Below are positions 1 through 9,125 of a stretch of 64,000 bases of DNA, in pieces. Both the position numbers and the translations under genes were made by a program. Source of the stretch: a virus; the IMG/VR virus record IMGVR_UViG_3300008255_000101, positions 32,001 to 96,000 of that record; one strand, written 5' to 3'. Position 1 is the first letter of the stretch. Every line of letters starts with the position of its first letter. The notes below the pieces were generated by a model. The model was not told the origin of the DNA and searched no databases. It worked only from the letters and a program-made list of their open reading frames with translations.

Positions 1-625
1 ATAACCCCTTTAAGGTGGAACTCGTTCCGTTTACCGAGGCCTGCACGCCGTCGTTGGTATCATTTTCAATGGTGTAGTCCTTCTCAGCCATATCCCTTTC
101 AAAATCCCTTACGATGGACTCCTCAGTGGTTATAGAGTCCAGCAGGGAGTTGTTAGCTAGGGAGAAAAAGGCTGCCAGAGCCTTACTCTTGGCAGGTCCT
201 TCCGAGGCCTTCTTGTTGATTTCCTTCTTAGCGCTCTGTATACTTTTCAGTTTGGTGTTCATGGCCTGAGCCACCTTATTCACCGCTGTCTTTAGTTCCA
301 CGGATCCAAATATGGAAGCCGTTGGCAGACACTGAAAATCCTGAAGTTTTTTTTCGTCCAAAAACTTGAACTCATCCGGAAAAATTTTGAAGTACCGTGT
401 GGACAATACCTTGATCTTGGTCTTTATTTCAACAATGGCCGAATCCACAGGTTTAACGGTACCAACGGGGGTCGCCGTCTTTTTGAATGCCAGCTCTATA
501 CCGGATAGCTTCTTAACCTGGTACTCCGTGAAAATGGCCAGGACGCTGTGCAAACCCGTGAGAGCTGCCTGGGCATCCCTCTCAAGATCTTCTAACCGCT
601 TGCGTGATAACTCGTAACTAGCCAT
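1..625 (-). CDS. Hypothetical protein, 3'-truncated by the window edge (helical, baseplate region)
   Basis: Not in the ORF track. ATG at 625 overlaps the stop of 618..1181 and follows a GAGG-type RBS. The frame reads MASYELSRKRLEDLERDAQ... and runs off at position 1 (...TSSTLKGL). Confidence 0.7.
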   Translation of the reverse strand, partial: MASYELSRKRLEDLERDAQAALTGLHSVLAIFTEYQVKKLSGIELAFKKTATPVGTVKPVDSAIVEIKTKIKVLSTRYFKIFPDEFKFLDEKKLQDFQCLPTASIFGSVELKTAVNKVAQAMNTKLKSIQSAKKEINKKASEGPAKSKALAAFFSLANNSLLDSITTEESIVRDFERDMAEKDYTIENDTNDGVQASVNGTSSTLKGL

Positions 626-1181
626 TTTCCCGTTCCTCCCCTTTAGCCACAGCCTCTTGCTCGGCCACCAATTTCTTGAGTTCCTCTCTCTTAAGGTTCA
701 CAATAAGGAAAGCATTCAGTATCTTGTGCTCGTATCTCCGGGCGATGGAGTCCTCACTTTTAAGAGCCAGCAAGGCCTTGTTCACGGCTACGTTAACATC
801 CTGTTGGGATGGTCGCGTCTGGGGTCTTTGGGTAGGGTCTGAGTAATCCCTAAAGTTTTTGTTCTGGACTCTAGAAGGAGCGTCTGTGCGAGAGTTAATC
901 CCTAGGTCAGGAAGCGTAGCGTACGGATTCCTAGTGGGCTTACCGTCGTCACCTATGGGGCTCATAGGAACCAAGCCCAAGGTGCGGAGGTAACTTTCTT
1001 CGGCCTTCTTTAGATCTGCAATGTGGTCCAGTCCCATCTGTATCTCATTACGTAGGGTTTCTATCTTCCTCATCCTATCGTGATGGGTGAGATCGATCAT
1101 ACCCATGAGGACCCTGAGGTCCTCAGCGCGGGGAGCCCCCGTATAACTGTTTAACTTGCGAATCATATCAGGACCCTCCAA
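618..1181 (-). CDS. Hypothetical coiled-coil protein (baseplate operon)
   Basis: 187-aa ORF overlapping both neighbours, with heptad-like segments. Confidence 0.7.
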   Translation of the reverse strand: MEGPDMIRKLNSYTGAPRAEDLRVLMGMIDLTHHDRMRKIETLRNEIQMGLDHIADLKKAEESYLRTLGLVPMSPIGDDGKPTRNPYATLPDLGINSRTDAPSRVQNKNFRDYSDPTQRPQTRPSQQDVNVAVNKALLALKSEDSIARRYEHKILNAFLIVNLKREELKKLVAEQEAVAKGEERENG

Positions 1182-3039
1182 ACAAACCGGTTAGGAAGCC
1201 CATAATATCTTCGGCGTAACCGAAGTCAGTATCGTCCTCATTCCCAACCTTATCGGCCAGTCCCTTTCTACCCGCAGAAAACTGTGCCTTGGCTGATTCA
1301 AAATTTCCGGCTTTCTTTATCTTGTCCAACTCATCGGATGCTACGTTACCCAACTTATCGAAGCTAGATCCCGTAGGAGCTCCCACTACAAACATGAGAC
1401 CTCCGTAGATGGTACAGTTGTTATCTGTGGCATCCAGGTACTGCCTTAGGTTAGAAGAAAAACCTGCTTGGTTTATGCGACTCTTAAGTCCTGCCACCCC
1501 ACCGCTTTCCGAGGGGATGGTGAGTACCATGGCATTAGCACTGAACTGCAGAGCTTTTAGAGATTCCAAGAATTTTTTAATCTTTTCAAGGAGTACCGTG
1601 AGATCATCCACCCAATCCTGCAGGGTCTCTATAAGTTCTTCGAAATGCTTACTGGAGGATGTAGATACACCCTTCAGCCGGTCAGCCAAACTCTGAACTG
1701 ACCTCAGTAAGGAATCCATTGATTCCCCCAGAAGACCCCTAAGAGTGACGTTGTTCCAATAGGGCGGGTCTCCGCTAGCCTTACCGCGAAGTAAACCGTC
1801 TGGAGTCTCGTAGGTGTTGAGCAGAAGGTCGCTAGGTAAACACGCAGAAGCTTTGGCAGAAGTGTACTGACTTATTACCTCTCCCTCCACTATGGACCCC
1901 GCGGAATCCTTAAATACTGGGACCACCTTATAGAAGTAGATTTCCCCGTCGTACACTTCAAAGTCCACGTACTCCAACTTGTTTTTCTTGCTTTCTTTAA
2001 TGAGTACGGGCTTGCCATTGTTGAAGGCGTAGTCAACGTACTGGGTGATGGTCCTTCCAGCATTGAACGGACTGTCGGCGGGAACCCTTAGCAGATTACC
2101 CTTGTCGTCCAGCTCAGGAGTTCCCTCCTGGGTTTTGCTTCTGTATATGCGGTACCCGTAAATGCCAGGTATGCCCTGTGGAGCACCCCATGAAACTTTT
2201 ATGCCGGGTAGCTTGACACCAGCTGCTGCGGATAGGTAATCGGTGATAGTGTCGTAGGTGCTTGCACTTTGGCCCTCAGTCTCGTAGTATAGACCAGGGG
2301 TGGCGTTTAGGGCTGTGACTGTGGACAGCTTAGAACCTGAATCGTCCCCCTGCAGGAATTTTACAAGAATGGATAGATCCTTTATAACATCCCCTGCATT
2401 GGTGCCCGCAGTTAACAAGAATATCACGGAGCCCAAGTAGTCCCCATCAAAGAACACGGGGCGGTTGGGGTCCTGGCTATTGGTTAGGCTGTGGTTGACC
2501 TTTGCCATCACTTCCTTGAAGCCTCCGCCCGCCGGGGTGCTGGGGTCAAAGGGGGACGTCTCGGGCAGGAGGGGTAGCACATACACACCAGTGGAGGAAA
2601 TACTCACTGCCAATTCTTTGAGCACATCAATGATAGCTTGAATGGCAAAGTTTATAACCACGAACAAACTGTTTGCGTCCGACTGGAAGGCATTGATTAT
2701 TTTACCGGTTATCTTGAGTATCTCAATGGCAGCCTCGATAGTGCCTATCACATCGGATAGTGCGTTCACAGACTTACGCACTATGGGTTTATCCAACGTA
2801 TTACCGAGGGGGTTTATGTTGACCTTACCCAGGTCCCGCCAGGTATCTGTCACCTTAGGTTTACCCGATACCACTTCGGTGGGGGAGTCTCCCGTGCGAG
2901 TGCTTGTGGAGCTAGTGGCTGAGCTGGCCTGTTTAGCTTTAGCCTGCTGGGCTTGGGCCGTAGCCTTAAATACTCCAAGAGGTATAGCCACCTCGGATTT
3001 AAGATTTGGGTCTTGGGGTCTCTTATTAGGAATCGCCAT
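1168..3039 (-). CDS. Putative baseplate-associated virion protein with a central FN3/Ig-like domain
   Basis: 623 aa. The FN3-like pattern IKVSWGAPQG...YGYRIYRS...YVD...YFYKVVPV is flanked by helical regions. Lies downstream of the spike and hub genes. Confidence 0.6.
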   Translation of the reverse strand: MAIPNKRPQDPNLKSEVAIPLGVFKATAQAQQAKAKQASSATSSTSTRTGDSPTEVVSGKPKVTDTWRDLGKVNINPLGNTLDKPIVRKSVNALSDVIGTIEAAIEILKITGKIINAFQSDANSLFVVINFAIQAIIDVLKELAVSISSTGVYVLPLLPETSPFDPSTPAGGGFKEVMAKVNHSLTNSQDPNRPVFFDGDYLGSVIFLLTAGTNAGDVIKDLSILVKFLQGDDSGSKLSTVTALNATPGLYYETEGQSASTYDTITDYLSAAAGVKLPGIKVSWGAPQGIPGIYGYRIYRSKTQEGTPELDDKGNLLRVPADSPFNAGRTITQYVDYAFNNGKPVLIKESKKNKLEYVDFEVYDGEIYFYKVVPVFKDSAGSIVEGEVISQYTSAKASACLPSDLLLNTYETPDGLLRGKASGDPPYWNNVTLRGLLGESMDSLLRSVQSLADRLKGVSTSSSKHFEELIETLQDWVDDLTVLLEKIKKFLESLKALQFSANAMVLTIPSESGGVAGLKSRINQAGFSSNLRQYLDATDNNCTIYGGLMFVVGAPTGSSFDKLGNVASDELDKIKKAGNFESAKAQFSAGRKGLADKVGNEDDTDFGYAEDIMGFLTGLFGGS

Positions 3040-3172
3040 TGTGGGCCCTCTTTAGATCGTCGATCTCTTTTTTCTTCCCATCTACGGCACGACCTAATAA
3101 AGAGATTAGATCCTCCAATTTTCCTTGCAAGTCCGTTGGTTGCTGAGCAACCCTTTTCCATTGTGCTCCCAT
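3026..3172 (-). CDS. Small 48-aa coiled-coil protein missed by the ORF track
   Basis: MGAQWKRVAQQPTDLQGKLEDLISLLGRAVDGKKKEIDDLKRAHNGDS*. ATG lies just after the TGA of the 1783-aa gene, with a GAGGGGG RBS. It fills the gap and overlaps the next start. Confidence 0.65.
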   Translation of the reverse strand: MGAQWKRVAQQPTDLQGKLEDLISLLGRAVDGKKKEIDDLKRAHNGDS

Positions 3173-3173
3173 A

Positions 3174-6100
3174 TCACACCCCCTCTATCATTTTTTTAAG
3201 GGGAAGTATTTGATTAGCGGGTCCCCATATTCTCTGCAGATTGTTCTTCAACCAGAGCTGCCTATTACCCGCCAAAGCCTCTCCGTCACCACTGAAAGAG
3301 TTCTCCAGCTGTACGCCCCTAGCATGGTAGAATGAAGCGTAGTCCACTATGTCAGTAGACCTGTTGTTGAGTGAGGCTACCCTCATGTCCAGCACATAAT
3401 CGGAGATACTGTAGAAAGAGAGATCTCCTCGGGATCCGAAGTACATAGTGTAAGGAGTTACTAGGGATACCGGAGTGCTTACAGGTGTCATCAACCCGTA
3501 AGTAGCCGAGGCATCCACGTGGACCAGGGTCATGCTGAAGTAAGCCAAAGCATTTACCGCCATAGCCAGGGACGACAGTGACGGGTAGTTACCGTAGGGT
3601 ATTGTGTGGGTAGTCCCGTTGCCTTCGTCCAGGTATAGATTGTACTCATCTGAGCGGATAGAAGCTGCGGGCAATGTAGACGATACGGTAACGGACTGGC
3701 TCATTCTGAATATGTAGCTCTGACCGTCTGAGTACCCATAGGTGGACGGGGCACTATCCCACGACCCTATGGGGTTGCTTACGAAAAGGCCCTTATACGA
3801 GCTATTGTTGGTGTAAAAGGGGAACACGTTAGTCAAAGCGTAGTTTACGCCAATAGGGACAGATGGGGAGTTAGATTTATTTCCAAACAAAACCCTACCG
3901 TCATAGGAAGAACCCAAAGGGGATGTGAACTCTATGAAGGACTGGCCCGACGCCGCGAGGTTACTGGAAAGTATGGTGTTGACGCTGGACCGAGTGCTCA
4001 TGACTGCGGTAACGTCGTTTACCAACTTATTGACACTGGAACTCACCACCACATTTTTGAACAGGTTGTCGTCAGCAAGTATCGACTGGGTTTCCCCGAA
4101 AAAAGTCTGGTACTCTGTAGAGGCAGCCTCGGCTTGTTCGTAAGCAGGACTCATGCCTGTCTCCCCCATAATCACAAGGGCGGCTTCGTAGGCCATGGTT
4201 ATGCCTGTAAGGTGGTCAGTGGTGCTGCTAATAGTGTCAGTTACCAGCGGTGCAAGGGCGTCCATGGGGCCTGTGTACCCTCTTTCCAACTTGTTGGGTA
4301 TGGATAGCACTTCTTCCCCTAGGAAGGCTAGTTCCACGTTACGACTATCTTCTTCCATCGTTACCATAGTGCTGCAGTTGACCTGATCGTACTGGCTCTT
4401 GTAAGTCTTCGTTTTGGATATGCCCAAGTCTATTCCACCCGTGGTGGGGAACTTTACCCACACATTATTCTTTCGACTCCTAATAATGATGGCCGACCTG
4501 CGGGAATCCAAACCATCCATGTCGGGTATGGGGAGAGGCCAAGATATGTCTAGGGACTTGCTCACCTCCGCTGACATTCCTGGCCAGTTGTACACATCCT
4601 CCACACGCACGATAAAATCTCCATACATCTGATCGTAAAGCAACGAGGCCATCTCGGACAATGAGTAGAAACCTATTCCAGGAAATCCGGTGTCTACAGT
4701 ATAGGTTTTGTCGACCCACGTTTTCCCACTGTCTTCGGACATTTTCATCTTAAAGGTTTTATCGCCATCAGTCAGAATAAATGTATCTCTTTGTAGGGGT
4801 GCTACAACCACACAGCCGGCGCAACCCCTGTCATCCACATAAGACCAGGTACGTCCATCTCTAACAACGCTATAGCTGGTACCCTTGAAGGCACCGGGCT
4901 CCTGTATACTGGATGGTAGGGCTGAAGGAGCATCAGGTACCTCTTCTTCTAAAGTCACCAACACCGCCGAGTCTATGGACTCCACGGTAAAGTCCTCGGA
5001 CCAACCCTGTAGCTTAATGGTGTCACCCACCTTAATATCCCTAAAACCAGAATTGAATTCTGAATGGGGACCGTAGAGCTTGCCATTACCACCGGTGTTG
5101 TAGACGTAGACCTGATCGTACGCAGCATAAGAGGAAGAGTACCTACCGTCTTCCAGAGGAGTGTTCTTCCTATAATTTTTAGGATAGAACACGGACTCTC
5201 CCAAGGAAGCCTGCTGCTCTACGTCGGATAGGTTTGACATACGGTTCAATTCCGAGTCAGTAGTAGAGAAGTCGTTGTTGCCAAACCTTAATCCCTGCAG
5301 GGCTTCGGATTCCCCCGAGAAGTTACCCATGCGGTATTTATAATACTCAGAAATTTTCCAAAGAAGATTGTAGGATAGCCAATAATCCCTGAGCCTCATG
5401 AAGTTGTTGTACACCCCGCCACCCGAAGAAGGCGCTGCGGATATACCCTGGGACCCTTGGGACCGGGCTCCCTTTTGGGCTTTTACTTGTTCCTCTATGT
5501 AAGGATAGACGTAGTCCCCTAGGAAACTCAACTCGGTCATGCTCTGAATCATGTGCTGGTCCGGAGATAGGTAATCCATTACCAATCTAACGGAAGTGTC
5601 CTTGGGTATGCCCACGAACTTACTACCCGTGATAGTCACCTTGTCCCCATCGGTCATCCCCAAGCTATCCGAATGGGTGTAAGTCACCTTGAACCTGTCC
5701 CCCTTGGCTATGGGGTAACTTAAGGCAATAACACCCCCAACCACCGAGTAGTCCCCTTGACCAGGGGCAACTCCCCTAGTCAATACAGAGTAACTTCCAG
5801 AACCCGACTTCTTGCTGAGCGTGGTATACGCCTTGATGTCCATCGGGACCTGGTGGGGGTTGACAGACATCACCGTATTAGCCAGGCTGCTTGCTCCTAT
5901 CAGAGAGGTATCCCTGATCTCGGTATAGGTTACCTCAGAACTCGTGGCGGTTTTAATGGCCTCCAGTACGTCGTTCAGGGTTTCTAAACCGGTAGTGTCC
6001 ACCTCAATCAACTCGTCCTCGAGTGATTCCTGCCTACGTGTTATTTTAACCATGCCCGTGACGATTTCGATATTGAAACGAATCTCCGTATTTTGGTCGG

Positions 6101-8525
6101 AGCTATCCTGCAGTGTAGCTACGGGTGCCTCGAAACCTACCACGGGGTACTCGGTCAGTAATCCCGTATCCCCTTCCACATACGAGGGCTTGGCTGTAGC
6201 TAACACTGCACCCACCACATCTGAGGACTTTACCCTCGTGTTCGGTGTAACGCTAACGGTCTTGGTAGTCCCGTCTACACCCACTCCAGTCACTGATAGG
6301 ACTTGGGAGGATCCCAGGGCTATGAGACAGCCTAGCTTAATGTTGAGGTCACTAGCATTTTTGAACACCAGTGTGTCAGATCCTGCCCCGAAAGTACCCA
6401 GGGTGGTGGCTGACGGCAGCGATGTGAAACTAACCACAGCGTCCGTGTAATACATCAGGGGGAAAACAACTTCGGCACTCAGTGGGTTCTTTAGGTGTAC
6501 CCTAGAATTGACACCATCCAAGTCCTCTACACTATCCACCCAGGAGTACTCCTTGAAAGACGGATCTGCCGCAGAACGGAAGTTAAGAACGCTATCGGTG
6601 GCAATCTCCAAATCTGTGGATGGTATCCCTTCTAAGTCCACAAACGTGGAACCCCTAGGGAGTCGCTTCCGTATCCTTATCAGTGGGGCGTAGGCCAGCA
6701 CATCGGATGTAAGCGCTAGATCAGCATAGGCGTAGGATGCCTCTGCCATTTTACTACTGACTCCCCCAACGCTGTAGACTCCATTACCCAAGGACTTAAT
6801 GTTGGCTACACCTATGTCTGTACCATCGTGGGCTACTAACTTCTCAAAAACCAGGGAAGTGCCACTCATGAGCACCTTAACGGTTTTATTTGAATCCACC
6901 TGGACCGCTGCACGCACATATCTAAAAAGGGTGTTGTTATCGTCCGTGGGGGCCACGTAGCACACCATGGTTGTGGCGGGAGAGTACTGCACGGTGATAC
7001 TATCGGTATTCGCCGCGACTTCCTCACTGAGGGTTATGATCCCGTTCGAATAGTAAAGAGTAAAATCTTCTCCTTCCACCAAAGTTCTTATGCGTGTACC
7101 CTTGTAGGAAGAAACTTTAACAGTGTTGGGGACGATGGGGAAGTAGTTCAGCCTCAGATCGCTAGCTTTTTCCAACAGGTACTCTTCCTTCTGGGTAGCT
7201 CCGCCAACCATGTACTCTATACGGGCGCAACTATCCGGAGGTATCTGCCTAAGAAACAGGAATCCGCCATTGTTATCGTTGACAGCGTACCCTACTCCCT
7301 CTTGCAAGGAAGGGGCCCCGTCAAAAGAGGACTCGGTGGCTTCGGACAAGGGCACTTCGGCTACCTTTACGGACACCCCGTTGGGGAAAGCGTCCAAGAA
7401 TCCAAAGACCTGATCCACGGGGTATTCGTTGGAGGCGTGACCTATGGTTACCGTAGCACCTGTGGAGACGTTCGTAAGGAAGTCCGTTTTATGATCGATG
7501 GCGGTCTCCACACCGTCCACTTTCTTCACACCTTCCAAGGAATCCTCGTAGATGTTAGTTACAAAGGAATCCCCTTCCTTAAGAATAACAACTCCGTCAT
7601 AATCGGAGGCAATGTCCTGGGAGCATTCAAATTCATTTAGAAGGTGTATGTTAGCATTAGTCGCCTCGCCCGATAGTGGTCGGTAACCGTCATACATAGG
7701 ACTGGAGGTGTACGACAAAAGATAGTCCTGAGTGTACACCAAAAGCTTCTGAGTTACGTCCGTGGGTAACTTCATAAACACTTGAAACTTGCTCATGTCC
7801 TGGGGCGCCGTCAGGTTTGAGGGATTAGGCACAGGAGAGAAGGGGACAGTGTTGGAGTCGGTGGAAATTAGAGGCAAGTACTTATCGAGCACACCTGCTA
7901 CGGACATGTCCGGCACATCCACGACATCGTTAGCCAGCGTGTGTACGCTGATACCATCTTTCATGGGGGTGATGGAGCCATCCGAATTAGTGTCAAAGGG
8001 TCCGTCGGGATTTGACCCTGGTAAGGATTCCCAAGTATCCTTGCTCTTGTCGTAGTAGAACTCTGCACCCGTGGTCCCCACCTCATTCTCCAAGGTACTG
8101 TACTGAACCCTGCCAAAATTTATTTTCTGGACTTCACATATACCCGTGGTGTTGGGTAACTCGAAGGGTTTGTCAATCTTGATGGAGGAGGCGTTAACCT
8201 CAGTCACAGCGTACAGGATTCCGCCCGTACTTTGTGGACGCACAAAGTCCCCCACGGATACTGTGGAGAATGAAGAGGTAGTGTTTACCGTCTTACTACC
8301 CTCTACGAAGGTACAAGAGGAAACAGTTATGAAGTTAGCCGTCTTACCCGCCTGTAACCTGTACTCCTTGGGGGTAGCGTCGTCATAAGGATCATCCGTG
8401 TGGATGTAAAATAACCCCGCGTCAGGATTGTTCTTATTACCGGGCTTAGCGTTTCTAACCACCCTCTTGTCAAGGTTGCCCAAGTAACTGATATTCTGTA
8501 GGTCTTCTGCCACTGTGATCCTCAT
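3174..8525 (-). CDS. Large baseplate/tail structural protein (wedge- or fibre-attachment-like)
   Basis: 1783 aa, beta-rich. Repeated modules such as LVEGEDFTLYYSNGIITL and GDYSVVGGVIALSYP. Immediately downstream of the spike genes. Confidence 0.6.
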   Translation of the reverse strand: MRITVAEDLQNISYLGNLDKRVVRNAKPGNKNNPDAGLFYIHTDDPYDDATPKEYRLQAGKTANFITVSSCTFVEGSKTVNTTSSFSTVSVGDFVRPQSTGGILYAVTEVNASSIKIDKPFELPNTTGICEVQKINFGRVQYSTLENEVGTTGAEFYYDKSKDTWESLPGSNPDGPFDTNSDGSITPMKDGISVHTLANDVVDVPDMSVAGVLDKYLPLISTDSNTVPFSPVPNPSNLTAPQDMSKFQVFMKLPTDVTQKLLVYTQDYLLSYTSSPMYDGYRPLSGEATNANIHLLNEFECSQDIASDYDGVVILKEGDSFVTNIYEDSLEGVKKVDGVETAIDHKTDFLTNVSTGATVTIGHASNEYPVDQVFGFLDAFPNGVSVKVAEVPLSEATESSFDGAPSLQEGVGYAVNDNNGGFLFLRQIPPDSCARIEYMVGGATQKEEYLLEKASDLRLNYFPIVPNTVKVSSYKGTRIRTLVEGEDFTLYYSNGIITLSEEVAANTDSITVQYSPATTMVCYVAPTDDNNTLFRYVRAAVQVDSNKTVKVLMSGTSLVFEKLVAHDGTDIGVANIKSLGNGVYSVGGVSSKMAEASYAYADLALTSDVLAYAPLIRIRKRLPRGSTFVDLEGIPSTDLEIATDSVLNFRSAADPSFKEYSWVDSVEDLDGVNSRVHLKNPLSAEVVFPLMYYTDAVVSFTSLPSATTLGTFGAGSDTLVFKNASDLNIKLGCLIALGSSQVLSVTGVGVDGTTKTVSVTPNTRVKSSDVVGAVLATAKPSYVEGDTGLLTEYPVVGFEAPVATLQDSSDQNTEIRFNIEIVTGMVKITRRQESLEDELIEVDTTGLETLNDVLEAIKTATSSEVTYTEIRDTSLIGASSLANTVMSVNPHQVPMDIKAYTTLSKKSGSGSYSVLTRGVAPGQGDYSVVGGVIALSYPIAKGDRFKVTYTHSDSLGMTDGDKVTITGSKFVGIPKDTSVRLVMDYLSPDQHMIQSMTELSFLGDYVYPYIEEQVKAQKGARSQGSQGISAAPSSGGGVYNNFMRLRDYWLSYNLLWKISEYYKYRMGNFSGESEALQGLRFGNNDFSTTDSELNRMSNLSDVEQQASLGESVFYPKNYRKNTPLEDGRYSSSYAAYDQVYVYNTGGNGKLYGPHSEFNSGFRDIKVGDTIKLQGWSEDFTVESIDSAVLVTLEEEVPDAPSALPSSIQEPGAFKGTSYSVVRDGRTWSYVDDRGCAGCVVVAPLQRDTFILTDGDKTFKMKMSEDSGKTWVDKTYTVDTGFPGIGFYSLSEMASLLYDQMYGDFIVRVEDVYNWPGMSAEVSKSLDISWPLPIPDMDGLDSRRSAIIIRSRKNNVWVKFPTTGGIDLGISKTKTYKSQYDQVNCSTMVTMEEDSRNVELAFLGEEVLSIPNKLERGYTGPMDALAPLVTDTISSTTDHLTGITMAYEAALVIMGETGMSPAYEQAEAASTEYQTFFGETQSILADDNLFKNVVVSSSVNKLVNDVTAVMSTRSSVNTILSSNLAASGQSFIEFTSPLGSSYDGRVLFGNKSNSPSVPIGVNYALTNVFPFYTNNSSYKGLFVSNPIGSWDSAPSTYGYSDGQSYIFRMSQSVTVSSTLPAASIRSDEYNLYLDEGNGTTHTIPYGNYPSLSSLAMAVNALAYFSMTLVHVDASATYGLMTPVSTPVSLVTPYTMYFGSRGDLSFYSISDYVLDMRVASLNNRSTDIVDYASFYHARGVQLENSFSGDGEALAGNRQLWLKNNLQRIWGPANQILPLKKMIEGV

Positions 8526-8528
8526 CTA

Positions 8529-9125
8529 TTATATGAACTGGGCTGGGAAGACGGTAGCTGCAGGTGCAGGTCCCGCTGGCCCTACGATCGGTACCCCAGG
8601 TACCGTTCCGGCCGCATTCAGGCTCAAGCATACCCCATCACCAATTGCTGCAGCCAGGGGTATGGCATTGATTCCGAACATTCCCAACGACGCCATGTTC
8701 GTATAGAGGGTTGTGCTAAATAGAACATTATTAAAACCCACGATCTTACCCATACCCACCCCGGCGCCCACTCCGGGGCACGGACCTGTCAGCACTAGCG
8801 TGGATACCCCGGAAACCACACCGGTGCTTATGGCCATGGCTTGGTTATAGGCTTGAGTACCCAGCATGCCCGTAGCGGACATTCGAACGTACATGAGATC
8901 AGCCATGGTTTTCGGGGTTATACCCGTAACCGGAGGTCCGGGGGCGATGGCCCCTGCTCCGGCGGCTCCTGTTGCGGTCACCACGACAGTTCCAGGTAGG
9001 AGGAAAACCGCCTGGCAGGTGACTGCCACAGCTTGTGCTATTTTGGCAAAATCAGGCCCCACCAGTCCTAAGCCTGATCCGGCGGACATGATGCTGCTGG
9101 TTACTGCCGGGATTACCCAGGGCAT
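8529..9125 (-). CDS. Gly/Ala/Val-rich hydrophobic protein with three internal repeats; possible spike-tip or membrane-active protein
   Basis: 198 aa with almost no charged residues, translationally coupled to the spike gene. Confidence 0.5.
   Translation of the reverse strand: MPWVIPAVTSSIMSAGSGLGLVGPDFAKIAQAVAVTCQAVFLLPGTVVVTATGAAGAGAIAPGPPVTGITPKTMADLMYVRMSATGMLGTQAYNQAMAISTGVVSGVSTLVLTGPCPGVGAGVGMGKIVGFNNVLFSTTLYTNMASLGMFGINAIPLAAAIGDGVCLSLNAAGTVPGVPIVGPAGPAPAATVFPAQFI

Noticed and set aside
2850-3161. 103-aa minus-strand ORF in the track
   Set aside because: It overlaps the 623-aa gene extensively. The 3026..3172 frame has the RBS and coupling.
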